Shown: piece after piece, positions 37,147-48,074 of the stretch
Numbering within the stretch: the stretch's first letter is position 1
Layout of the letters: each line of letters starts with the position of its first letter
Source of the DNA: Setoptus koraiensis
Taxonomy: Eukaryota > Animalia > Arthropoda
Direction of reading: 5' to 3'
DNA length: 64,000 nucleotides
Assembly: GCA_048013815.1 (NCBI GenBank)
Contig: CM106586.1
Span: 17,856,001 to 17,920,000 of the forward strand
Translations under genes and position numbers: made by a program
The notes under the pieces: model-generated
Seen by the model: only the letters and a program-made list of their open reading frames with translations
Told to the model about the DNA's origin: nothing
Database searches by the model: none

Positions 37147-38307
37147 ATGTCATGTTTGTCGGATAAAGGGCGAATAATAACGTGGCTTCCTTGTGTTGTC
37201 TCGTTGATTATTCTGTTACAGTTAGCTAACTTGTTGATTGTCCATGCTGTCTTTCAGTATGGAAGCTCAAAAGTTTGGAATGTCGATTATATGACACCAT
37301 ATGATATGACTCAGCTAAGATTAAATATCAAGAAATATCCAATTGTCAAACGATGTCACTCCTACTATGTTGCACTGGATTCTGCAAGGCGAAAGGGGCA
37401 ACAAGATCCGTTAGATGAAACAATAGTTGGAAAAGTGCCCCATGATTGGGGCTTATTGTTTGAGGATATTGTTAAGGCCTTGCTGGAAGGCTCGAATGCA
37501 CCATTTGAGCCATTTATCAGAAAAGATTTAATTGATTGTTTAGACATCTGGAAGAAATTTGTTGATCCGAATCGAACCGAAAAAGACAATCAAGACGTTA
37601 TTATGACTGGAGGTGAGAATGGCGTCGAATCAGCATCACCAGTTCACAATATAGAAGAAACAAAAGACAACTCTGATGTAATTGGTGCGGAGTATGATGT
37701 ATTGCCGGTGACGATCAATAATAATGCCGATGCAATCGGCGACGAGAAAGTAAAGTCGTTATCGAGCACCTTGGTCAGGTCAGCTCTGTCGGCTACACGC
37801 TCGGCCGTAAATTTGACTGACTTCAATCAGACAGAGGACTCAGATAGTGACGATGAAATCATTTTATCTGAGAGTGAGACATCCGGCGAAGAGCCAGAGC
37901 GAGGCACAGAGAATCTCTACTGGATAAAAAAGACGACAGATTCGCCAACGGATATCAAGGCATGTAGAAAAAAATTGCATCGTATAATCAAGCTGAGTGA
38001 GGTTCCTGTTGTTGTCATACCAAGTGGAATGTATAATCATGAATTGGTAGATAGTTTGAATGAAAATTTACGAGCCAAGAAATTTGCCAAAATTGTATTA
38101 ACAGACTATTCGGATTTGGGCACTAAAGACATTATTGGTCTATATTACAAAAATTGGCGTCGAAATCTATACAAGAGGTCGATGATGAGATCCCTACCAA
38201 GGCAAATGGGTCTTGTGGGCTTGAGTATGCTGAATATGTCGTCCATTTCCAAGGAAATCGTGAATCTTATGAGGACCATCCATCCCGAGATGTTTCGATC
38301 CGTTTAG
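37147..38307 (+). CDS. Orphan 386-aa intronless protein with N-terminal signal peptide or anchor
   Basis: Long ORF with ordinary amino-acid composition in the repeat-poor block; hydrophobic N-terminus (IITWLPCVVSLIILLQLANLLIVHA) and a central acidic tract. No family recognised. Confidence 0.75.
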   Translation: MSCLSDKGRIITWLPCVVSLIILLQLANLLIVHAVFQYGSSKVWNVDYMTPYDMTQLRLNIKKYPIVKRCHSYYVALDSARRKGQQDPLDETIVGKVPHDWGLLFEDIVKALLEGSNAPFEPFIRKDLIDCLDIWKKFVDPNRTEKDNQDVIMTGGENGVESASPVHNIEETKDNSDVIGAEYDVLPVTINNNADAIGDEKVKSLSSTLVRSALSATRSAVNLTDFNQTEDSDSDDEIILSESETSGEEPERGTENLYWIKKTTDSPTDIKACRKKLHRIIKLSEVPVVVIPSGMYNHELVDSLNENLRAKKFAKIVLTDYSDLGTKDIIGLYYKNWRRNLYKRSMMRSLPRQMGLVGLSMLNMSSISKEIVNLMRTIHPEMFRSV

Positions 38308-39529
38308 ACGATTTTTTTTGTGAGAGGTCGAATGGGGAAAAGAAAAAAAAAGCGACCATCAGCTGTCGTCTTTTCTCAATAAAGTTAGCTATAATCTATC
38401 GAGTAAAAGCAGTGCGTTTGTCTTATATATTAATAATATAAAAGATGTCTTAGTTTTTACAGTTTTCATGTACACGCAAACCGGTTCTAGTCAACATTAA
38501 CTGGTTGCAGATTATCCTATGGAAATCTTATGATTATGACGAATTGAATCGAGCGTCAGTTATCACCTGACTTTCCAATAAGGCAATCTTCTAGGCTTGA
38601 CGAGGACCTCTTTAGATACTTTTCAGTTTGTACAATTTTCTTTATTTATTTCCCACGTTGGCATGACGACCAGATGTGTTAATTTCTCATCAGATACCGC
38701 GCAAGTTGCTGTGATGTATAAAAGGAACAAACTGGGTGTTGGTTGCATAATTGCTGCGATAAACAATCATTGGTATTGAATGGTTGCACAATTTTATGAT
38801 ACTTATTCACTTGTTGAAAACGTTGTCTTGGGAGCTGAAGCTCGATCTATACTTAATTAATGCTCGCTTCCACGCTTGCGTTGATTTATGATGCAACGAT
38901 AGGATGGGTCGTGATAGTCTAATAAGTATAATAAGGAAGATTTATTGTATGCCGATGGATTGATTAGTAACGTAAGCGCTTCGAAACTTGGCTACTCGAT
39001 ATTGATTGAGGAGGAAGATTGCACGTTATTAATTTGTAGTTATGTAGTGATTTTTATTATCAAATGATCCACCACCTCCATCAGTCCAACTGCGAGATAT
39101 TTCATCTATTCGACAAGCTCGACATAATGGCCAAACTAGCCCAGGTGACCTATGAGGGCTGTCCTATGAAGAAGAAATTGTTGATGCGAATGTCAAAAAT
39201 GTCGTAGGATTACACGATATTCTGGAAGTGGCTCTCAGTGGTTTGAGCGATACATCAAATGCGGCCTCATTTTTGTTGGATGTGGCGTCGGGAGTAGATT
39301 GATTATCAGCATAGGTGCAATACGCAAATTTGCGCCATTTCACTTCATTGCCTCAATTTCATCTCCATCCATCCGGCACGTGTCCGAAGATTATTCTCGA
39401 TCAATATGATTTACCAAATCATCAATCTATCAGAAAAAGAAGAATGATAATCGCTGGACAAGATGCTCGTTTCGGCAGGTCCTTCATTTGGTTGTTGTAG
39501 CGATTAGTGACCCGCCCGATTTCGACGGT

Positions 39530-39599
39530 ACTTCCGGTACAGGTGCATCTTAACCCCGATGGAACGGAAAAGGTGGTCCGGAAGTGCGGAAACTTCCGG
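39530..39599. promoter_or_regulatory. Cluster of three perfect ETS-type CCGGAAGT sites
   Basis: ACTTCCGG 39530-39537, CCGGAAGT 39578-39585, ACTTCCGG 39592-39599; GC-box-like GGGCGG words nearby. Confidence 0.5.
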
Positions 39600-40358
39600 C
39601 ATGCACAGTTTCAGTTGTGTAGTGAGTTTCAAATCTGCATCTCAAAGTTTTTGTAAAACCGGAACCGGACGTTTCAGCACTCCCGGACTACTGAGGTTTT
39701 CGATCATAGGCCCCACGGGCCATGTGTGTGAAGTTTCATCGAAATTATTATCCGATACATTATTTTATCGGAAGTTGTTAGTGGGGAGGCGTGTGCAAGT
39801 CGGTGCGGTATGACGAGGGCGGGCCGGATCGGGTTCAATCCGATTCTTGCTCACACATTCTTCCTCACGCGGGCACAAATGACCGTTCGGCTGCTCCATT
39901 ACAGCTGTGCGAAATCCTCACTGGCTGCTAAACGCACTCAGTGTTGAAAATATCCGACAGGGCGGCGCCCCCCAGATCACCGCGAGAGCTGTCAGCAGTT
40001 ACTTCTTACAGTAGTTATCTGCAGGATTGCTCGTAGGCCCACGATTCAAGCATAGTGTGCGCTAACCTGCCTCACCACATGCGCGTGTTTTAGCAATCAT
40101 GAAACGAAAATATTTTTTGGAACACCCTGTGCTCGCTGTTCGTTTCGAAACGCCACCAGCGCCTCTGATGGGCGTTTCCAACAATGAGTGTATTGCCATC
40201 GAGAAAGCCGAACATGTGAACATGAATTTCGAAACAAAACTCACCCAACACGGTGTCACATTGCAGCCGCATTATCACTTCTATCAATTTATTTTTATTT
40301 TCCAAGGTCCTTATGTAAAGTTATAATATAAAGTTTAATATCCCAGATAATACTAGCC

Positions 40359-40901
40359 ATGGCTTATGATAGTCTACTCATTATTTTCATATCCATGTCG
40401 ACTGCTCTTGTAGGCGAGGGTCTCACGTGGCTGATGGTATATCGCACGGAAAAATTCAAGCGTCTCAAGTCTGAGGTAGAAAAGAAGAGTAAGAAACTAG
40501 AGAAGCGTAAGGAAACAGTTGGTGAATTAGTAGATAAATCCATGAAACGAAAACTGGATCGAGATGAGGAATTACTCAAGAATATAAACAGAGAATTGTC
40601 CATGGTGAAAATGAAGTCTATATTCTTCGTGGGATTTGCATTCACAGCCCTATTAGGAATGTTCAATTCTATATTCAATGGACGTGTTGTTGCAAAGTTA
40701 CCCTTTCAGCCGGTATCATTTTTAGTCGGCATTTCACATCGTGGACTGCCGGGGGAGGATCTAACGGATTGTTCATTTATATTTTTATACATTCTGTGTA
40801 CTATGTCAATCAGAGCTAATATTCAGAAATTATTGGGTTTCGCCCCAAGTCGTTCTAGTATCGATCAATCCCAGCCAAGCCTGTTCGGGCCCCCTAAATA
40901 A
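40359..40901 (+). CDS. TMCO1: Calcium load-activated channel / GET- and EMC-related TMCO1 (180 aa, intronless)
   Basis: Characteristic LIIFISMSTALVGEGLTWLMVYRT, coiled coil, VVAKLPFQP, HRGLPGEDLTDCSFIFLYILCTMSIRANIQKLLGFAPSR. Confidence 0.95.
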   Translation: MAYDSLLIIFISMSTALVGEGLTWLMVYRTEKFKRLKSEVEKKSKKLEKRKETVGELVDKSMKRKLDRDEELLKNINRELSMVKMKSIFFVGFAFTALLGMFNSIFNGRVVAKLPFQPVSFLVGISHRGLPGEDLTDCSFIFLYILCTMSIRANIQKLLGFAPSRSSIDQSQPSLFGPPK

Positions 40902-41064
40902 ATTCGATTTATTCAAAGTACACTTTATATCTGAAAACAACATTTCAGATGGGAGGATCCGAGTCTGTTTCGTTTTGTCTTTTAGAAAACAATTCAAATT
41001 CTACGATTCAATTCCATTTAATAATAATAATTTAAAACGAATGTGCTGACAAGGAAATAAAAAT

Positions 41065-41688
41065 TTATAAGACTACAAAAAACAGCCTTCTCAATATAAG
41101 TAATATCAATAGAAATGCCATACTGAAAATGACCATAGAATAGGATCGCCGGTATGGTATATGCTGTGGAATTGAAGATTGAGGATTCATTGAATCCTGA
41201 TTAGAAATGTTCCTAGATTGCTCGTGATCGTTACCTAGTCCATCATTAACACCATTGGGCACTGGAGAACTATTGGTAGAATTCTCTCGGGTTCCAATAC
41301 AGCTAGAGTCAAGCTTATCAGTTTCTTTTCTTTTTTGCTCTTTCTTATAGGTGGAAGATTGCAAACTTTCAGTACTGTCTTTCGGATCTGCTGTTGTGTT
41401 TGAGCTAACCGCACCAATAATCACTTCTGGTCCCGATTGATTATGGTTTCCGACTATTTGGGATACATGATTGGAAGTGGAGACCGCAGGAATCTTATCA
41501 CTATTGTTTGTTGAGTTTTTAGGTGTAGGCTGTGTGGGTTGAATCAAAAGATCTTTAATGCAACCGCATTTTTGACATTTCCAGGTCTGCGATTTCTTGG
41601 CAAGTCTTCGTCTTTCCACGTCAGGAAGATCCAAAGAACCAATAGCACCGTTGGCTTTGGTCGGCATGAAAGCAATAAGTGCTAACAC
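41065..41688 (-). CDS. UBE2J1: ER ubiquitin-conjugating enzyme E2 J1, 3' part only (UBC end, linker, tail anchor)
   Basis: LALIAFMPTKANGAIGSLD...ERRRLAKKS matches the UBE2J1 UBC C-terminus; C-terminal TM tail (MVIFSMAFLLILLILRRLF). Upstream the expected PSWSIRTA reads PSWL*DRA and the frame is lost. Confidence 0.85.
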   Translation of the reverse strand: MLALIAFMPTKANGAIGSLDLPDVERRRLAKKSQTWKCQKCGCIKDLLIQPTQPTPKNSTNNSDKIPAVSTSNHVSQIVGNHNQSGPEVIIGAVSSNTTADPKDSTESLQSSTYKKEQKRKETDKLDSSCIGTRENSTNSSPVPNGVNDGLGNDHEQSRNISNQDSMNPQSSIPQHIPYRRSYSMVIFSMAFLLILLILRRLFFVVL

Positions 41689-43570
41689 CGCGCGGTCTTA
41701 TAACCAAGAAGGCGGCCCCTTTGCTTTGGCTCGCGCCTGAAGGACCAAAGAGAGCTTCACAAGATCGCCTAGTACTTCTATTAGTGAAGAAGTATTGCCT
41801 GTACGGATGCGAAAATTCGAATTTGCATAGATTGATGTAGAGCGAATGCGGTTGGGTGCGTTGTAGATAACTCTAGATGTTATAGCGTCATGATTGTTTT
41901 CGAGTTAAACTTATCAAGTAGTCCTCTGTATTGCTCGGTGTTGTATCGTCCCGTACTATGTGTTGGAAACTTCACCATGATTTCTCGTGGTTGACGTAGT
42001 CCGCAGACGATCCATTAGTGGATATGACATATTTGTTCTTTGTACAGTATATAGATAGGCGGAGTTGTCGTCGCTATAGAGAAGTCAAGTGTGGGAAGTA
42101 GAATCTATAAGGTACGTCGCAGTATTATACACCGTCCAGCGAAGTATATCACCGGTGATCGGGAATAGCTCTTTATGGTGCCGCTACGAGTGACGCGATG
42201 ACCCACTCAACCATACTGCAAGCACGAGTATCGGAGTGGTGAGACGCATAAATTCTTGGTTCGCATAGTTAGACAGAAAGTTCGAATCACACATTGGTGT
42301 AGAGTCAGTAATCTGTAGATGCAGTTCGATGTTAAATGATGCTAGCACATATGCTCATATACTGATTGCTGCACAGACTCCGATGTATCGTCGTCTATAA
42401 GGGTGTAGGCGTCCAAACACTCGTGCTTGTTGATCAGAGCTACACATTTTATTTCTCGAGGACCTCACTAGCACTTACGCGCTAGTAGTTGTTATCCTGT
42501 ACGACTCATGGACCTGCGGACCGACATTATGAATCCGGCTCTAATTGATTGCACTCTCAGTCTTTGAGTCACTCATTGGCGCCAGTCCAACTTTCTCGAC
42601 TGAGACGCGCGCGTGCTCGTAGTACAAAGATCAGACGTGTGAACGGCAGTGGCCTAGGTATAGCAGAAAACAAAATCCACCATGTAGAGAGAAAGAGAAA
42701 GTCGGACCATGCGAACTGTACTCGAGTGGCATAACTATCTCTTGTAAGGTGTGATCTGAATGCGGATACCCTAATTGCTATTCCGTGTGATTTCATCGTA
42801 ATTATCTATATTATGATATGCTTAGGATTGCCGTTATGAGTGTTATTCGATTGTGTAGCGAGTGCTTGCATCGTATATTGTGTCAACTCTGAGTGTATGT
42901 CTATAATTTTTTATATATTGATATGATAAGAGAGAAATTTCTGTCGAGTTGTTGCTAGAGCAACTGCTTGAGATTACGGAGTTAGTAAGTGTTCTAGATG
43001 TAAGAATGCTTCACAGTTCGCCAAATCTGAGGTATGCAGCAGCCTTGTTATGTGGCGTGTCTCTGTGAAAAGAGAGACTGCATAGAAGTCAGTGTTGCAT
43101 GTTTAGGCGCGAGGGAATGTCAGATCTGGCACATCAGTGAGCACACGATATTCCTCTCTCCAACGAAGACTGAGACCTACACACCAAGCAAGCCTCTTCC
43201 CTCATAATACGTCCTTCAGTTTGTGTCCCAAGTGAATCTTGCATAACGCACAACTAAGTATTACTAGGGAACGTCTTGCAATCCCCCATCATAGACGGCA
43301 TCTCATATATCAGCCCCACCATACCCCCCACCAAGAGTCGGCTCAGCTCCCCCTCTCGCTTCTCACCGCCACCATCCTCTCCTTGGTCACTCTCAGACCC
43401 CTCACCCCTGATGCCGCCACCCCCTGAGTGTCCGCTCATCCACTCACCCCCCCGCATACTCGCATCGCTGACCCGAGCTACATCGACCCGGCGCACGCAC
43501 CTCTACCGTTACCTCGCCCAAACCTTCTCGCTCACGCGCTGTCGCGCTCCCCGCACGATATAGACCACAT
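41689..43570. other. Apparently error-ridden sequence (probable unpolished long-read or gap fill) replacing the 5' half of UBE2J1
   Basis: Indel-riddled remnants of expected UBC codons continue upstream on the minus strand. No long ORF; composition drifts to a C-rich, G-poor stretch at ~43140-43560. The cause is inferred. Confidence 0.65.
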
Positions 43571-43997
43571 CACACGACTGCGTTAATCTAATCAGCATAC
43601 GTAGCTCAATCTGTATTATTTGTTCGGAATAATTATACAATCCCACACACAAATGAAATCTTGAATAGCAATTGTCTACTTTAGCTTTAATTCAAGGTGT
43701 TCATCAGAATGTACTGAAATTTATTTCATTTCACTCAAGCATTGAAGAGGCGGGCAGTGTGACATCGAGATTGTGTTGTTTTATTCCTAGAAATCATTGT
43801 ACTGTAAACATACACAGATAGCAAGCTTGAGAGAGCACCAATTCACATTTTCAACATCGCCGAATCACTGCTTGTGCGCTCGTGCCTGCCATATGAACAA
43901 TATTATTGTTTAATTTTAATACAAACATATGGTATACACTTAAAATTCTCTACATCACTCAACCGTAATCTCGATTCATGTTATCATTCGTTTTGTC

Positions 43998-44726
43998 ATG
44001 GCTTCAATGAGAAAAAAAACTAACCAGCGGCCCAAAAATATCGATTCAAGTGTGTATTTGTATGATGAGGTATACGAAGAAATTAAACAGGAATCATCTA
44101 TTTTGGGACACAACAAGGGATTGAACCAGTTTGGTGACAGTGCCGACAGTGGCCCGAAATATATTGATGGATTATTGAGGAACGCCGAATTGAGGAAACA
44201 GAATAAAGAGCGTAGACTCTTCAGGAGGTTTGCAAGAGAACTTGAGGATGAGGAGCCCAATGATGAATTCAAAGACAAAGAAACATTTGTTACTTCGTCC
44301 TACAAAGCTAAATTACAAGATATAGAGAGGATTGAGGAGGAACAAGAGGTCAAAAAAAGACGCGATGACGAAAGACGGTTGAAACTACAAAATCTAATCA
44401 ACAAAGACTATATTGAGCCCACAGTGATAAGGTCAAGCAAGAACAGCAAACCAGAGGAATGTAAGACGGAAGACGGTTTGGCGAATTGCGAAATCGATCC
44501 GATCGGCGGTGGTCCATCTAAACTTGCACAAATTTCAGAACGAGTTCAACCTGCCATAGATGGTGGAAAAGATGATACTCCAGTTAATCCCGAATACAAG
44601 CCAGAGAACAGAAGAAAGTTTTTGGAGGAAAAACTTGCAAAACGTACGGTAGGAAAATTGTTCGAAGATGCCGTCTCAAGATATCTGAATAGAAAGTCTT
44701 CCAGATGCAAGAGTGAGCTTCTATAA
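43998..44726 (+). CDS. NSRP1: Nuclear speckle splicing regulatory protein 1 (CCDC55/DUF2040 family), 242 aa
   Basis: YLYDEVYEE, PKYIDGLLRNAELRK and EFKDKETFVTSSYKAKLQ match the DUF2040 pattern. AATAAA at 44812. Confidence 0.85.
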   Translation: MASMRKKTNQRPKNIDSSVYLYDEVYEEIKQESSILGHNKGLNQFGDSADSGPKYIDGLLRNAELRKQNKERRLFRRFARELEDEEPNDEFKDKETFVTSSYKAKLQDIERIEEEQEVKKRRDDERRLKLQNLINKDYIEPTVIRSSKNSKPEECKTEDGLANCEIDPIGGGPSKLAQISERVQPAIDGGKDDTPVNPEYKPENRRKFLEEKLAKRTVGKLFEDAVSRYLNRKSSRCKSELL

Positions 44727-44849
44727 TAATATCATATTTTCATTTGGCCACTCGTCTGATCTCCATATCTGACTTATTGTTGTACAATGGTTTCGTGAAA
44801 ATTGTTGGGGTAATAAATTATTTACTTTGAATCACTCTTAATGCCCCTT

Positions 44850-45014
44850 TCAATTGTCTGTTTCCTCTTTTGGCTGCGGTCCTGGAATTGTCCGCAAAGC
44901 TCTCGACCAGCAATTGAATAACCATAATGTAAACGCTCCTAAACAAAGTCCAGCAATGATTCCAAGAAAAACCCAGGTCGCTCGGTCGTTACAATGGAGC
45001 TGCTGACTCACCAT
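44850..45014 (-). CDS. 54-aa single-pass membrane microprotein (below the ORF-track cutoff)
   Basis: MVSQQLHCNDRATWVFLGIIAGLCLGAFTLWLFNCWSRALRTIPGPQPKEETDN*. TM segment with GxxxGxxxG; DRE-like GATCGATA at 45118-45125 upstream; AGTAAA ~25 nt after the stop. Confidence 0.5.
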   Translation of the reverse strand: MVSQQLHCNDRATWVFLGIIAGLCLGAFTLWLFNCWSRALRTIPGPQPKEETDN

Positions 45015-45366
45015 TGGTGCAGTTGGATATCTTTTTCTCTAAAATTTGTGATTCTCAAACTATCTAGAATGCTACAAATCAATGAGATCACGAGACACAG
45101 TATCACAATAGCCACGAGATCGATAAATAATCATGCGCCCTTCTAACTTAATTAAATCAGGCCTATTGACTCAGAAATCATCTAGTACAGTGCTTAGCTA
45201 ACCGCTGAGGTCAAATTATTGATTTATTGAAAGTTTCTTAGTTGAAGTAGACTTACATATTGATAGATTTTGATTTGGTCTGATTAGCTTTGTTCATAAT
45301 TATACTATTTACTCATGATAGTTCTTCATAACTTATATAGGCTTTGGTCGTAGATAATAGCTGCTT

Positions 45367-48074
45367 TCAAGGTTTGACGGCCTTCAAGACGTCGGGTCTA
45401 AGGTGTTTTATCTGTCTGACAGGGTCATAATATCCTGCTAAGTAAAAAATTTTTGACTCAGACTGATCGCTTAAGTCACTATTTACATGGCCGATATGTT
45501 GCGTTTGGTAATTCGTATAAGAGAGCACTTTGCATGATCGATGAATACTCTGAATGTCATTCTCATCACAGTGTTTGGTCTCGAAAAGTGCATTCTATGA
45601 AAACAAAATTAAAGATTGTTAGTAAGAATTTTAAATTTAAAAGAAAAATAGAGTTAATTAATTGATTTACTACTTACATCTGGGTCTCTTAAATCACAAG
45701 ATTCTCCTTCAGTTTCCATCAATCGGTAGTACCAACGCACTCTGACTCTCATTTCACCCCGAGAGTTAGCCCACATAGCGTCAATTTTAGCGACAAATGG
45801 CAATGCTGTGGAGTCCTTTGGCATTAACTCAGCAGAATCACCTATTTTGATGACCTCCAAACCTCTACTTATCCTCTGATATATCTCTTTGTAAACCCTT
45901 CCATTTCGTTTCATACGTTTCGGTAAACCTACCCATTGCCAAGGTTCGTAATCTCGACCGTTCGAAGAGTGATCGCGCTTCTCCATCCTATTTTGTTTGT
46001 TCTGATACAAACTTTTGCTCGAGGGCCCTTGAGTTTGATCGTCATACGATGACTCCTCCTCACTCTCCTCATCATCTATTATATCATCATTATCTGTTTC
46101 ATCATCAGATTCGGCACACTCAACATCTATACCCTCTTCATCATCGGCATCCTCTGGGTCGCTATAGAGTGGTGACGACTGGGTATGTAATGTAACCCTA
46201 TCTTGAAAATTTGAAGGATTATCCTCAGGCTCTTTGACCGCACATAAATCATCAGATGGCCTAGAGGTTCCCGGACGTAATGTATCTTCAGAAAAGTTGT
46301 GATTGTTCTTTTCAGGTGAAGTCGTTGGGACCAAAATATTTTTCGCTACCGAAGGCTGATGACAATCTACCATAATAGGTGCAGGCTTTGAATCGAGTTC
46401 GTGCATTCCACCGCCACTTTGGTCGAGAACTAGTGGATCACAGTTTGACATGTATTTAGGGTAGTCGGGTGGTAAAAGACGCAGATCGTCCAACGGAAGT
46501 GCCGACAAATCGCCATTATCGTACTTGACGGAGACTAAAGATTTTGTTTCAGCAAAAGTTCGTGAAGTGACTACACCTGTACTTAAACATTTATATTGCC
46601 TACTCCAGTAACAACAGATTCTGGCTCCTTTTCTTAGATCCATTATTGAGTTGACTCGCACCTCCTTGATTACATCATTTAACATAGCGGCTTGAGAAAA
46701 TATGTAGTCTCGTTGAGATCTATCTCCATCTAAATGCACAACATATTTATATCGGTCTTCGTCAGTCTGCGCCGACTTATTATGTTCTACATTTAGCTGT
46801 CCAGCATACAGCCATCCATCTATAGGAGCGATAACTCTCATGAATCTCCTTGATGTACTCTCACTTAGACTCTTCTTCAGGTCCTCTAAATCCTCGAGTG
46901 TGATTGTGCATACTTTGGTAGTACCTCGTCTAGCTCTTTCTTTGTCCCGCTTGATTCTTTTATTTTTCATGGAAGAAATCGTCGATGGCTGCGTACCATT
47001 CTCTGAATTAGAGATAATCGGAGCTACAACTTGTGGAGCCATAGACCGTTTCCTTTTAGATGATGTTCGAGAACTGCAAGTTGCGTCACTAACATTTCCA
47101 TCTCTGTTACAAGCGATATAATTCATTTGATTAACGTCTTGATCTATGCAAGGGGTCGAGTTCCTTGGTTGATCTATCTGGGGCGAGTTTATGTCCATAT
47201 TGCATGAGGATGATTGCTCTTGAGTATTTCCTCTAAAAGATCTACTGTTCAATGAAGAGGAAGTAGAAAGCGTTCTAGCACGGCCGTTTTCTATAAGATT
47301 GAGATTGTTTTTTTGGCCTGGCTCTGTAGGTGCATCCTGTGTGGCATGCAAGAAGATTCTTTCACTTCGTCTTATCTTCCATTCGAATTGCGGCCTGTAA
47401 TCTACTACTAGTTGGTTAGATCCCATACCTGAGCGATCATCACCGTGGATATGTAATTCTTGCCCAGCTTGCTCATGAGGGGGTGATATTATATCAGGCG
47501 AGGGCGCAGAGGACGCTGAAGATGATACCTTGTTGCTACTGTTGCTTATTCTAGCAGAGGTTCCTTTATCATCTTGACTTGAAAGATGAATAGATGTGCG
47601 ATCTGTGGTGCTGTCAACCGTATCACTATTGACAGTATTGCTCATGGTGTCTTGATGGGTCCTCCCAATGTTTGTTTGATTTTTTTTCTTAGAGGCATCA
47701 TTTAACTCCTCAGTAGCATTCTTCAATAGATTATATAGCTCAGTTAGTCTGGTTTCTTCTTGTCGGGCCCTTAACTCTATTGCCTTCTTGAAATTGCGTA
47801 TAGCATCTCTGGTTTTCGATAAACCTATTAAGGCCAAAGCTTTTTGGTAATAGCAAGTGTATTTGTCAGGGTTTAATCTTATAGCGGCATCGGCATCTTC
47901 CAAACTTGCCAGATAGTCGCCCAATTTATGATAACATATAGCCCTGTCTAAATAAAGCTCAAAGTTGTTTGGGTCAATCTTGATAGCTGTAGTAAGCAAC
48001 TTTGTTGCCATCAAGTGGTCACCTTTGTCCGACTCCTCGAAAGCCATTGAAGCAAGTTGTTTCCTACAGTCCAT
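45367..48074 (-). CDS. Winged eye/TNRC18/BAHCC1-like chromatin reader with N-terminal TPR repeats; join(complement 48074..45678, 45594..45367)
   Basis: TNRC18/BAHCC1-type tandem Tudor (RVIAPIDGWLYAGQ...GARICCYWSRQYKCL...VKYDNGD...LRLLPPDY). BAH domain (IGDSAEL...PFVAKIDAMW...MRVRVRWYYR). An 83-nt phase-0 intron (GAT|gtaagt at 45677, tcatag| at 45595) restores the BAH C-terminus (NALFETKHCDENDIQSI...FYLAGYYDP). About three TPRs in the first ~110 aa. AATAAA on minus at 45228-45223. Confidence 0.9.

Noticed and set aside
38460-39480. Possible ORF under a reassigned stop-codon code
   Set aside because: All three stop codons occur at roughly random frequency in the frames I translated.
39826-39846. 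GGATCGG-GTTCAAT-CCGATTC hairpin resembling a tRNA T-arm
   Set aside because: The stem is out of register with a canonical TTC loop, and there is no D-arm, anticodon arm or acceptor stem.
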